Notes: generated by a model from the sequence alone, not told the origin. A DNA stretch of 64,000 bases from Promethearchaeota archaeon (GCA_030603385.1 JAUVXW010000003.1:32001-96000), one strand, 5' to 3'; shown: positions 20,523 to 29,214, counted from the stretch's first letter. A program made the numbers and translations.

Positions 20523-22421
20523 TTACTCCTCTAATTGCTCTATTTCTAAGAGAAAAAGATCTGCGATTGTAATCCATTTTTGTTTTGTTTCATCGTCTAT
20601 AGAGCTGTTCTCTGTTAATTCTTTTCCTTTTTTAAGATTTTCGAGGGCTAAGTCGAAATTTTTAAGCTCTTTATAACAGATCCCTAGTTTAATATAAGTT
20701 TGATGAATGTACCACTCTTTACTATCTAATTCAATAGCTTTTAAGAATTTTTGTGACCCTTCTTCATACTGTTCAAAATACATTAAAATTTCACCATACG
20801 TATCATGATACATTGCATTATCAGGAGCTTTTTCCACAAGATCTTGGATTATATTAAGCGATTCTTCTTTTTTATCTAAATATTGAAGCCAATAAGCTTT
20901 ATAATTAATAAGATCATTGTTTTGAGGATTTTTTTCAATCAATTCATTAATTATGTCTAAACCTGCTTTTACTTCTTGCATCCTTCTAAGAACAGACGCT
21001 TTTTTCATTTTAATATCAAGTTCACTTTCGGGAAATATTACTAACATCTCATTTAGTAAAGTCAATACGTCATCGAATTGATTATAATAAATTAAAATTC
21101 TTATCTTTGAATAGTATAAATCAAGATTCTCTGGATTTGATTCAATTTTTATATCAAGTTTTTTAATTTCTTCTTTATAATCATCTTGTAACTCTTCGAT
21201 ACTTCTTGATTGAAATATATCTATCATATCTTGCCAAATAATGCCTTCTAATTTATCATACGTCTCTTTAAATTCAACTTTTGCTTCAATTTTGTAAGCT
21301 AAATAGTTAATGTATTCTGGTAAAAAAATATGTAAGGGTTCTTTTAAACCAATAGAAAATAATATTTGACAAATATCTTCTAAGATATCATTTATGGTGC
21401 TACTTATATCAAATGATCTTGAAAACAACTTATTTAGATAGGTAAATTTGGTGATATGATCTTCTGTGATAGCTCTAAGCATTATTTCTAATCTTTCATC
21501 CTCCTGAAAGTAATAATGCATATCTGGTTCTACAATAATTTTAAAAAATTTAATGGGAAAAATTTGATTTTCAATAATTTCATCAATATAATAATCCACT
21601 TTAGATTCTTTTATTCCATAAGTATTCGAGAACTCCTCTACGGAAATATAATTAGGATATTGACTTGGGTGATTAATTGAGATAAAAAGTAGGATTTTGT
21701 CAAAATCTTCCTCATTTGTTAGCATTGCTTCAACTCTGGTATAATCCAATTTCAGCATATTGTTGAGTAACCTAAATTGTATGTCTTTATTTTCAATGTT
21801 ATATTTATTAAAAAATTTGATAGTTTTCACTGTAATCTCTTCAATTCTCTTACTTTCTTCCTCTAAAATTGATTGTTTATCTAAATCATATTCTTGTAAT
21901 ATTCTAGAATACTCTATTTTACCTGAGCGGGTAATTCTATATTTCTTTTCCTCTTTTTCTATAAACCCTTTATCGAGTAATAAGTTTATATTCTTAGACA
22001 GGGACGATTGATTGATAGAAAGAGGTTCTGCTAGGAAATCAGCCCATTTGCAAAAATTATTATTATAAACCATCCAAAGAATCCAATGATCGTAATTTCT
22101 TCTTCTTTTAATTATAGCAAGAGGATAACTTAGAGTTCTTTTTTTTTCTTTAGCTTGTGATAATTCAAGATATCTCTTTCTGCCTTCTGAAGTAATTTTA
22201 TAGTGCCCTCTTGAAATATTCTCAGCGAATCCTTTCCCCTTTAATAATGATAGATATTTTGAGAGAGTAGATAACCGAAGTTCAAGCGGTTTTTGAGTAA
22301 AATTAGACCACTCACATTCTTCATTATTATATAACATCCAAAGAATGATATGTTCAAAATTTTTTTTCTCCAGGGCTGGAGGATTATAAATCTCTTTAGG
22401 AGGTAAATTTATTCGACTCAT
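20523..22421 (-). CDS. Tandem winged-HTH + TPR protein (paralog 1)
   Basis: Two ILWM.YNN..C.W..S.LSK..L..KG..Y.IT..G repeats, a third HTH-like segment, C-terminal TPRs (YHDTYGEIL, YIKLGICY). Confidence 0.85.
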   Translation of the reverse strand: MSRINLPPKEIYNPPALEKKNFEHIILWMLYNNEECEWSNFTQKPLELRLSTLSKYLSLLKGKGFAENISRGHYKITSEGRKRYLELSQAKEKKRTLSYPLAIIKRRRNYDHWILWMVYNNNFCKWADFLAEPLSINQSSLSKNINLLLDKGFIEKEEKKYRITRSGKIEYSRILQEYDLDKQSILEEESKRIEEITVKTIKFFNKYNIENKDIQFRLLNNMLKLDYTRVEAMLTNEEDFDKILLFISINHPSQYPNYISVEEFSNTYGIKESKVDYYIDEIIENQIFPIKFFKIIVEPDMHYYFQEDERLEIMLRAITEDHITKFTYLNKLFSRSFDISSTINDILEDICQILFSIGLKEPLHIFLPEYINYLAYKIEAKVEFKETYDKLEGIIWQDMIDIFQSRSIEELQDDYKEEIKKLDIKIESNPENLDLYYSKIRILIYYNQFDDVLTLLNEMLVIFPESELDIKMKKASVLRRMQEVKAGLDIINELIEKNPQNNDLINYKAYWLQYLDKKEESLNIIQDLVEKAPDNAMYHDTYGEILMYFEQYEEGSQKFLKAIELDSKEWYIHQTYIKLGICYKELKNFDLALENLKKGKELTENSSIDDETKQKWITIADLFLLEIEQLEE

Positions 22422-22485
22422 GATATTTTCTTTAAAAGTCTTTATCTTTAGTTATATATAGTTTTTAATACTATATAAATTTCGC

Positions 22486-22540
22486 GAGCTTCCTTTAAAA
22501 TTCGAACTTCATTTGAAGTTCATGTAATAAAACTAAATAT
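22486..22540 (+). promoter_or_regulatory. Palindromic operator(s) plus BRE/TATA-like element (P1)
   Basis: GAACTTC-attt-GAAGTTC (22504-22521), preceded by a degenerate copy at 22486-22503; AAACTAAATAT 8 nt downstream. Confidence 0.7.
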
Positions 22541-22594
22541 AGGATACAAACTAAATTATAATTATAACAAAACTAAAAAAAAAGGTAAAAAAAA

Positions 22595-22663
22595 ATGAAA
22601 AAAAATGCCAAGAAAGGATTAATAAAAATAAATAATTACGCTTTTAGATATTTACTCAGATAA
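22595..22663 (+). CDS. 22-aa micropeptide MKKNAKKGLIKINNYAFRYLLR
   Basis: AAGGT SD-like site; ATG 91 nt from box start, as at P2/P3; T-rich tract after the stop. Confidence 0.5.
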   Translation: MKKNAKKGLIKINNYAFRYLLR

Positions 22664-22888
22664 ATTTTTCTTTTTCTATTTTTTAATTATTATTATTTAT
22701 CGATTTTTAAACTATTTCTTTCTATTATAAAATCTGTTAAGACTTTATTTTGCTTAATGCAATTCTGCGGGATAACTACATAAATGGGATAAAAAATTTT
22801 TATTATTTCAAGCTAAAATTTTATATTACAAAAAATCTAATCTACTATTAAATAAATTAAGAATATATGATTCCCACAAATAGATTCA

Positions 22889-23428
22889 ATGACTGGTGCT
22901 CAAAAATTTCGATTTAAGATTTCTGTAATAGGCGATGGGCAAGTAGGTAAGACCTCTTTAATTAAAAAGTTCACAAAAGGTTCTTTTAAGAAAGATTATA
23001 TTAAAACTATAGGTGCCCAATTCTCTAAGTATGAAAAAGAAATAGATGGAGATGAGATTCGGTTGATATTCTGGGATATAGCCGGTCAGGATGATTTTCT
23101 TTTTCTACGGCCTTCATTTTATAAAGAAAGTGGGGCAGCAATTATTGTCTTTAGCCTTGAAGAAAATGAGTTAGGTAAACGGAGTTTTGAGCATATAAAT
23201 AATTGGTATGAGAATATTAAAAAATTCTGTGGGGAAATACCAATAATTCTATTTGCTAATAAAGTAGACCTAATTGAGGAAGATAATCTAGATAATTCTG
23301 AATTTCAAAAAATGATAACAAAACATAGTTTTCTAGGATATTACTTGACTTCAGCAAAAACAGGGCAAGGTGTTCATGACGCTTTTAATACTCTTATTAA
23401 TGAATTGTACTATAAATCCAAGACTTAA
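22889..23428 (+). CDS. Rab-like small GTPase (paralog 1)
   Basis: GDGQVGKT, KTIG, WDIAGQ, NKVD, TSAK; no prenylation motif. Confidence 0.95.
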   Translation: MTGAQKFRFKISVIGDGQVGKTSLIKKFTKGSFKKDYIKTIGAQFSKYEKEIDGDEIRLIFWDIAGQDDFLFLRPSFYKESGAAIIVFSLEENELGKRSFEHINNWYENIKKFCGEIPIILFANKVDLIEEDNLDNSEFQKMITKHSFLGYYLTSAKTGQGVHDAFNTLINELYYKSKT

Positions 23429-23464
23429 CCATGAGTATTATAGGATTATAATATAGTACTATCT

Positions 23465-25987
23465 TTAAAATTCCGTTTCTAGTTGCTCAATCTCTGCTAA
23501 ATAGAGATTTACTATTGCTAGCCATTTTCTTTTTGTATCAAGATCACAAAAACATTTGTTTGTAAATTCTTGACCTTTACTAAGATAATCAATTGCTAAA
23601 TCATAATTTTCAAGTTCCTTATAACATATACCTAACTTTATATAAGTCTGGTTAATATACCACTCATCACTAGCTAATTCTATTGTTTTTAGGAATTCTT
23701 TTGTAGCTTTTTCATACTCCTCGAAGTTCATTAAAATTTCACCATATGTGTCATGGTATATTCCCAACTCGGGACTTTTTTTTATAATCTTCTCGATAGT
23801 TGTTAAAACCTTTTCTTTTTCATCTAAATATTGTAACCAATAAATTTTATTAAGTATGAGACTATTATCTTCGGGATATTTTTCGATTAAATCATTGATT
23901 ATCTCTAAACCTGCTTCAATATTTTTCATTTCTCTAAGAATATACGCTTTTTTAATCTTAAGATTCTTTTCCGCTTCAGGAAAATCAACTAGTAATTTGT
24001 CCAATATGGTTATTATTTCGTCGAACTGGTCAAAATAAATTAAAATCCTAATTTTAGAATTGTACCAATCTAGTGTTTTAGGATTTAATTTAATAGCATT
24101 ATCAATCGATTCTAGAGCATCTTCATAATTATTCAATTCTAGTAGGATTTGGCTTTTTAACTGATAATATCTTGCTTTATTGTTTTTATTTGATTCTAAA
24201 TTAATAGCTTTCTCGATATAACTTATTCCCATTTCTTTATCTGCTTTTTCTGCATCGAATGTATAAATCCTATTATAACCAAGTACTAGTCCCTTTAAAA
24301 CGAGAGAAAGAGGTAGTTTAGGATATATTTCTATTGCTTTATTTGTCATATTTAAAGCATTTTCAATATCTCCTAGAGTCATATATGAAAAAGCTAACAG
24401 AAAAAAATAAGGAGCATATATTTCATCTTCCTTATTAATAAGAGATAAATCTACTTTACTCCTTAAGAATTCTATTAATTCTTTATTCCGATTTAAATGA
24501 CAAAGAATAATTCCTTTAACAATAATGAGATCTAAATTCTTTATCTTCGATTTAGAATTAGCAAAAACTTTACCCAATTCTTCCAATCTTAAAGCTTTAT
24601 CATATTCTTTCGATTTTAAATAATCTTGGATCTTTAAATTTAATTCTTCTGGTTTAAACCAGAAAGCTAAGTATGGTTGTAGTACTTCTAATATTGAGGT
24701 ATCTAAATAATAATTCATTTCGCTTTCACCAATAAATTGATATTGAGAAGTTTTATAAATGTCTGATTGCAATATTTCAGGAATGTTCTGCCAAATAATT
24801 CCTTCTAATTTATCAGAAACACCAACTAACTTCTTTTCTTTCTCAATTTTATATGCTAAATAATTGATATATTCAGGTAAAAATTTTCTTAATGATTTTT
24901 TTAATCCTTCATCGAATACATTTTGGCAAGCTTCGTCCAAAATAGCATTTACAGTAGAACTCATATTTAGAGGGAGAATTAAATCTGAGGAGCCCTCAAA
25001 AAGCTTATTCAGGTAGGTAAACTTTGTAATATGTTCCTCTGTAATAATCCTAAGCATCATCTCTACTTTTTCATCTGATTGAAAATAATAAAATTTATCT
25101 GGGAGCACCTCTAATTTAAAAAATCTTATTGGAAAAATTTGGTTTTCCACTATTTCATCAATATAATAATCAAGAGTAGTTTTTTTAATTCCATATTTTT
25201 CAGAGAATTCTTCAGGAAACATATACTTGGGAAAATCATTTGGATGGTTAATCGAAAGAAGAAGTAATATTTTATGAAAATCCTCCTCATCCCTTAATAC
25301 CGGTTTAATTTTTTCATAGTCTAACCTCAAAACACTATTAAGGAATCGAAATTGAATATCTCTCTCACTGATTTCAAAACTTTCAAAAAAATTTAGTGTT
25401 TTTTGTGTTAGTTCGGTTATTCGTTTACTTTCTTCTTCTAATATCGACTGTCTGTCTAAATCATAATAAGTTAACATTTTAGAATACTCTGATTTACCCA
25501 ATCGAGTAATTCTATATTCTTTATTTTCCTTTATTACAAATGTTTTTTCCATTAATTTATTCATATTCTTTGATAAGGAGGATTGATTAATAGAGAGAGG
25601 TTCTTCAAGGAAATCTCCCCATTTGCAATAATTATTATTATAGACCATCCATAGGATAGTGTGATCATAGTTCCTTTTTGCAAGAATTACCTTTGGAGGA
25701 TAACTTAATTTCCTTCCCCCCTTCTTGGCTTGTCCTAATTCGTAGTATCTTTCTCTTCCTTTAGATGTAATACGATACTGATTGAATTCACTTTTCAAAA
25801 TATGCCCATTGCTTTTAAGTCTATTCAAATAAATAGAAAGTGTTGATCGATTCACTTTTTCTTTTAAATCTGACCAAGAGCATACTTCATTATTGCTTAA
25901 TATCCAAAGAATAATGTACTCATAATTGGGTTTGCCAATTAAAGGATTTAAAATCTCGTCAGGGGGGTAATTACAAGGTGTATCCAA
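23465..25987 (-). CDS. Tandem winged-HTH + extended TPR protein (paralog 2)
   Basis: Colinear with 20523-22421 plus ~200 aa of extra TPR-like repeats. Confidence 0.85.
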   Translation of the reverse strand: MDTPCNYPPDEILNPLIGKPNYEYIILWILSNNEVCSWSDLKEKVNRSTLSIYLNRLKSNGHILKSEFNQYRITSKGRERYYELGQAKKGGRKLSYPPKVILAKRNYDHTILWMVYNNNYCKWGDFLEEPLSINQSSLSKNMNKLMEKTFVIKENKEYRITRLGKSEYSKMLTYYDLDRQSILEEESKRITELTQKTLNFFESFEISERDIQFRFLNSVLRLDYEKIKPVLRDEEDFHKILLLLSINHPNDFPKYMFPEEFSEKYGIKKTTLDYYIDEIVENQIFPIRFFKLEVLPDKFYYFQSDEKVEMMLRIITEEHITKFTYLNKLFEGSSDLILPLNMSSTVNAILDEACQNVFDEGLKKSLRKFLPEYINYLAYKIEKEKKLVGVSDKLEGIIWQNIPEILQSDIYKTSQYQFIGESEMNYYLDTSILEVLQPYLAFWFKPEELNLKIQDYLKSKEYDKALRLEELGKVFANSKSKIKNLDLIIVKGIILCHLNRNKELIEFLRSKVDLSLINKEDEIYAPYFFLLAFSYMTLGDIENALNMTNKAIEIYPKLPLSLVLKGLVLGYNRIYTFDAEKADKEMGISYIEKAINLESNKNNKARYYQLKSQILLELNNYEDALESIDNAIKLNPKTLDWYNSKIRILIYFDQFDEIITILDKLLVDFPEAEKNLKIKKAYILREMKNIEAGLEIINDLIEKYPEDNSLILNKIYWLQYLDEKEKVLTTIEKIIKKSPELGIYHDTYGEILMNFEEYEKATKEFLKTIELASDEWYINQTYIKLGICYKELENYDLAIDYLSKGQEFTNKCFCDLDTKRKWLAIVNLYLAEIEQLETEF

Positions 25988-26061
25988 ATTTCATTCATTT
26001 ACCAGTAGATTATATACTTATAATTAATATATAGAAGGGGTTTATTTATACTTTTTGATTA

Positions 26062-26079
26062 AAACTCTAATTAGAGTTA
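26062..26079. promoter_or_regulatory. Palindromic operator upstream of wHTH-TPR paralog 2
   Basis: Perfect AACTCTAATTAGAGTT (26063-26078); AAAGTATAAAT 7 nt away on the minus strand. Confidence 0.65.
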
Positions 26080-26143
26080 AAAAATTACGGATGAAAATGA
26101 ATGTAAATATGTGAGAAAAAAAATATTATCTAAAAAAGATCTA

Positions 26144-26195
26144 AGACTCCATTCAGAGTTTACGATACTAAACTATATATTAAACCCTGCTCTAA
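26144..26195 (+). promoter_or_regulatory. Operator + TATA promoter (P2)
   Basis: AGACTCC-attc-AGAGTTT, N8, AAACTATATATTAAACCCTGCTCTAA. Confidence 0.7.
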
Positions 26196-26230
26196 TTATT
26201 CTTAATAAAAAAACAAAAAAGTGAAAAAAA

Positions 26231-26431
26231 ATGACCCAAACTTATCAAAAAATAATAATAGTGAAAAGACCTGAAGTTCAAACACCAATAGAAAGTGAAA
26301 TGGATGAATTACTTGGAGATTTAAATCCAAGATATTTTGAGGAAACTATTCCTTTTAAAGAGGCGATTGAAAGGGTTTATACCTCAGATATTAATGTTGG
26401 TTCTAAATTCAATTTCTTTAGTGTGTTTTAG
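26231..26431 (+). CDS. 66-aa microprotein
   Basis: Follows P2; shares VKR.E and N.[RK]Y[FL]EE.IP with 27226-27480. Confidence 0.75.
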   Translation: MTQTYQKIIIVKRPEVQTPIESEMDELLGDLNPRYFEETIPFKEAIERVYTSDINVGSKFNFFSVF

Positions 26432-26544
26432 AAATAATTAAATTTTTTTTTAATCTTATTTTCAGGTTGAATCTTATTTTCGCATATAAAAATTTTCTGT
26501 TTTTGAAATCCTTAAAAGCAAATTATTTTATCATTTATGCGACT

Positions 26545-26865
26545 ATGAAAAATTTTTCCTCTAAAACTCACTTAAGTAACTATCAATATGCCATAAAAAT
26601 TATTGAAGATTGTAAGGACTATTGGCTTCAAGATCAATTTCCGAATATTGATCAATTTCTATATGATTATGATTTAATAGATATCACTGGAAAAATCCAA
26701 GATTTTAAGTCTTATTATCAATTTAAGGATGCTCTGGATCATTTAACAAACTATAAATTCATCAGGATCTTAATAGATTCTAGAGCAGTTCCTCGAATTT
26801 ATAAGGGGAACAGAGATATTCCAAACAATTTTACTTATGAAGAATATTGGTCAAGAGATTTTTAA
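26545..26865 (+). CDS. Hypothetical 106-aa protein, possibly wHTH-like (start moved to ATG 26545)
   Basis: FKDALDHLTNYKFIRI helix-wing-like segment; protein-like composition. Confidence 0.6.
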   Translation: MKNFSSKTHLSNYQYAIKIIEDCKDYWLQDQFPNIDQFLYDYDLIDITGKIQDFKSYYQFKDALDHLTNYKFIRILIDSRAVPRIYKGNRDIPNNFTYEEYWSRDF

Positions 26866-27006
26866 AACCTGACGAGCTGAGTCTTTACGAATTTTTAAAC
26901 TATTCTAGTCATATGTTTTAAACTCTATAACTTCTTCTTAAGAATGAACTTATATTAAACAGAGACACATTTTAAGAAGAGATGAGGAGAGTCTAAAACA
27001 AGTCTT

Positions 27007-27058
27007 AAACTCCACTTGAACTTCGCAACGTTAAACTATAAATTAAACCTTGCTCTAA
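27007..27058 (+). promoter_or_regulatory. Operator + TATA promoter (P3)
   Basis: AAACTCC-actt-GAACTTC, N8, AAACTATAAATTAAACCTTGCTCTAA (near-identical to P2). Confidence 0.7.
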
Positions 27059-27096
27059 CTAAACTTATGAGAAAAAATATGAGTGTGAAAAATAAA

Positions 27097-27180
27097 ATGA
27101 AACAAGTCACAGTAAAGGAAGATTCCCTTATCGAACTTGAAGATCTATATATAATTCAGTTCCAAATTCGATATTTTTAG
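27097..27180 (+). CDS. 27-aa micropeptide MKQVTVKEDSLIELEDLYIIQFQIRYF
   Basis: GTGA SD-like site; ATG 90 nt from P3 box; in-frame ATGs at 27067 and 27079 are alternatives. Confidence 0.55.
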   Translation: MKQVTVKEDSLIELEDLYIIQFQIRYF

Positions 27181-27225
27181 GGTTTATTAATTTACAAAAA
27201 TATGAATTGAGGGGTGGTAGAATAA

Positions 27226-27480
27226 ATGGTTCAAGTATTAGTTAAGAGAAAGGAATTTGAGGAACCTTTTAAAATAGAAGATGTAATTATTTTAGAAGAG
27301 CTCCCTGCTATTGAGGAAGATTATACGATAGTGAGAGTAAAAGCAGAGGAGAAACCAGTTAAAAATGCTTTATCAAAATTATTGATGAAAGCTAAATATA
27401 ATGCTAAGTATTTAGAAGAGAAAATTCCTGTGGAAAAGGTCAGAAGAAATATTCACTACAGGAACTACGGAAATTTCTAA
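27226..27480 (+). CDS. 84-aa microprotein, paralog of 26231-26431
   Basis: GAGGGGTGG SD; shared motifs. Confidence 0.8.
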   Translation: MVQVLVKRKEFEEPFKIEDVIILEELPAIEEDYTIVRVKAEEKPVKNALSKLLMKAKYNAKYLEEKIPVEKVRRNIHYRNYGNF

Positions 27481-27531
27481 AAAACAATCTATCATCATAA
27501 CGCTGATTTAATTCATCCGACAAGCCGAAGT

Positions 27532-27587
27532 AGTAAAATCAGGGAGAAGTAAAATCAGGGGGAGGGGGACCTTTTTTATCCCCCTCC
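27532..27587 (+). other. 13-bp direct repeat plus GC-rich hairpin
   Basis: AGTAAAATCAGGG at 27532 and 27548; GGAGGGGGA (27561-69) pairs with TCCCCCTCC (27579-87). Confidence 0.7.
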
Positions 27588-27628
27588 ATTTGATATATAT
27601 TTAAATGATAAAGGGAGGGCGAAATAGA

Positions 27629-27721
27629 ATGAAAATTAAATATTTAGAGAGAATTGAAAGGATTAAGATAAAAAACGATTTAGAAGAGCATAAGGAGCTC
27701 ATTAATCGTATAATAAAATGA
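27629..27721 (+). CDS. 30-aa micropeptide MKIKYLERIERIKIKNDLEEHKELINRIIK
   Basis: Strong GGGAGGG SD; T-rich tract after the stop. Confidence 0.6.
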   Translation: MKIKYLERIERIKIKNDLEEHKELINRIIK

Positions 27722-27776
27722 TTAATTTTTTCAAATTTTTCAAAATAAAAAAAAATTTAATAGAGGTTGTCAATAA

Positions 27777-27872
27777 ATGAAAGAACAAAAAAAGGATAAG
27801 TGGAAATATTCGATGGGAAGTTTTCTTTTAAATCCAGAAAAATATAAATTTGGATTAAAAGATCTTAAATAA
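27777..27872 (+). CDS. 31-aa micropeptide MKEQKKDKWKYSMGSFLLNPEKYKFGLKDLK
   Basis: GAGGT SD; poly-T terminator-like tract after the stop. Confidence 0.6.
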   Translation: MKEQKKDKWKYSMGSFLLNPEKYKFGLKDLK

Positions 27873-28043
27873 AATTCAAACTTTTTTTTTTTATTTCAAA
27901 TTATTAGTACAATTTTCAATTTCGTACATTTTTCGATTACTTTTTAGCAGAAACAAAAATTTTATATTAAAAAATAACTGATCTTAGTTTGATTACATTT
28001 TTTTAAATAGAATATATACTTTTTTTATTTCTTCTAAGATTCT

Positions 28044-28601
28044 ATGAGTGATGAAGGTCGTAGGTTCCGATTTAAAATTTCCGTAATAGGTGATGGGCAG
28101 GTAGGTAAGACCTCTTTGATTAAAAAGTTCACTCAAGGATCATTTAAGAAGGATTATGTTAAGACAATAGGGGCACAATTCTCGGTGTACAATAAAGAAT
28201 TAGAAGGAGATAAAATCAGATTATTATTTTGGGATATTGCTGGGCAGGACACCTTCCACTTTTTACGTCCTTCTTTCTTTAAGAACAGCAAAGCTGCTAT
28301 TATTGTATATAGTCTTGAGGATAATAAACTTGGTAAAGAGAGTTTTAAGCATTTATTAGATTGGCACGAAGACATTATAAAACATTGTGGAGATATTCCG
28401 ATAGTTGTATTTGCAAATAAGGTTGATCTAGTAGACGAGGATAACTTAGACGATTCAGATATTAAAGAAATAGTTAAAGAACATAATTTTCTTGGGTATT
28501 ATATAACATCAGCAAAAACAGGGAAGGGTGTAATTACAGCATTTAATATGATAATTGATGAGTTATATAACAAGTTTAAAACATTATCTGTAGAGTTATA
28601 A
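28044..28601 (+). CDS. Rab-like small GTPase (paralog 2)
   Basis: G1-G5 intact; closely similar to 22889-23428; shared upstream AAAATTTTATATTA (22815 and 27956). Confidence 0.95.
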   Translation: MSDEGRRFRFKISVIGDGQVGKTSLIKKFTQGSFKKDYVKTIGAQFSVYNKELEGDKIRLLFWDIAGQDTFHFLRPSFFKNSKAAIIVYSLEDNKLGKESFKHLLDWHEDIIKHCGDIPIVVFANKVDLVDEDNLDDSDIKEIVKEHNFLGYYITSAKTGKGVITAFNMIIDELYNKFKTLSVEL

Positions 28602-28857
28602 GATTGAATTATCATTCAAAAGAAGATTTACTGAGCTTAGATAATTATTGATAATTCAAGATGCTTTTATTTTATTAGAGAGAAGTTTTATAATAAAAAA
28701 AATCTAATCTTACATCATATAAGATTTATTTAACTTATTATTCTAACCTCTATTAAAAATTCTATGATATTCAATTATCTCGAAATAAATTTTATTGAGT
28801 TTATTTTAATACTAATAAGCATTTTAGAATAATTATTGTTCAAAAAGATGAGAAACA

Positions 28858-29214
28858 ATGGAAGGAGAAGAAAAATATCAATGGGTAAAATGTAAAAATT
28901 GTGGATATTTACAGTATAAATCTCATTTAAGATGTTTAAAATGTAAAAATAGTAAATTTGAAAGGATAAACGCTTCAGGAACATGTAAACTTCTTACTTT
29001 TACTATCTTAAAAGCACCTCCTGCTGAATTTAGGAACAATCCTTCATATGCGCTAGGAGTTGTTGAATTTGAAAATGGAGTAAAAGCACTTGGGCAAATA
29101 TCAACACAAGATAATTTAAAAACTGGAATGGAATTAAAACCTATATACACTAAAATTTGCGATAATTTAGATGGAAAAGAAATATATAATTATGTATTCG
29201 AACCAAATTTATAA
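28858..29214 (+). CDS. DUF35 family Zn-ribbon/OB-fold protein
   Basis: CKNCG..CLKC; TFTI..PP..PSYALGVVEFENG. Confidence 0.88.
   Translation: MEGEEKYQWVKCKNCGYLQYKSHLRCLKCKNSKFERINASGTCKLLTFTILKAPPAEFRNNPSYALGVVEFENGVKALGQISTQDNLKTGMELKPIYTKICDNLDGKEIYNYVFEPNL

Noticed and set aside
22605-22622. Alternative ORF MPRKD
   Set aside because: Five codons, with poorer spacing to the SD and promoter than ATG 22595.
27532-27560. CRISPR-like repeat
   Set aside because: Only two 13-bp units 3 nt apart; no spacers or cas genes.
19776-28601. Block as a mobile element or provirus
   Set aside because: No integrase, transposase, terminal repeats or viral genes seen.
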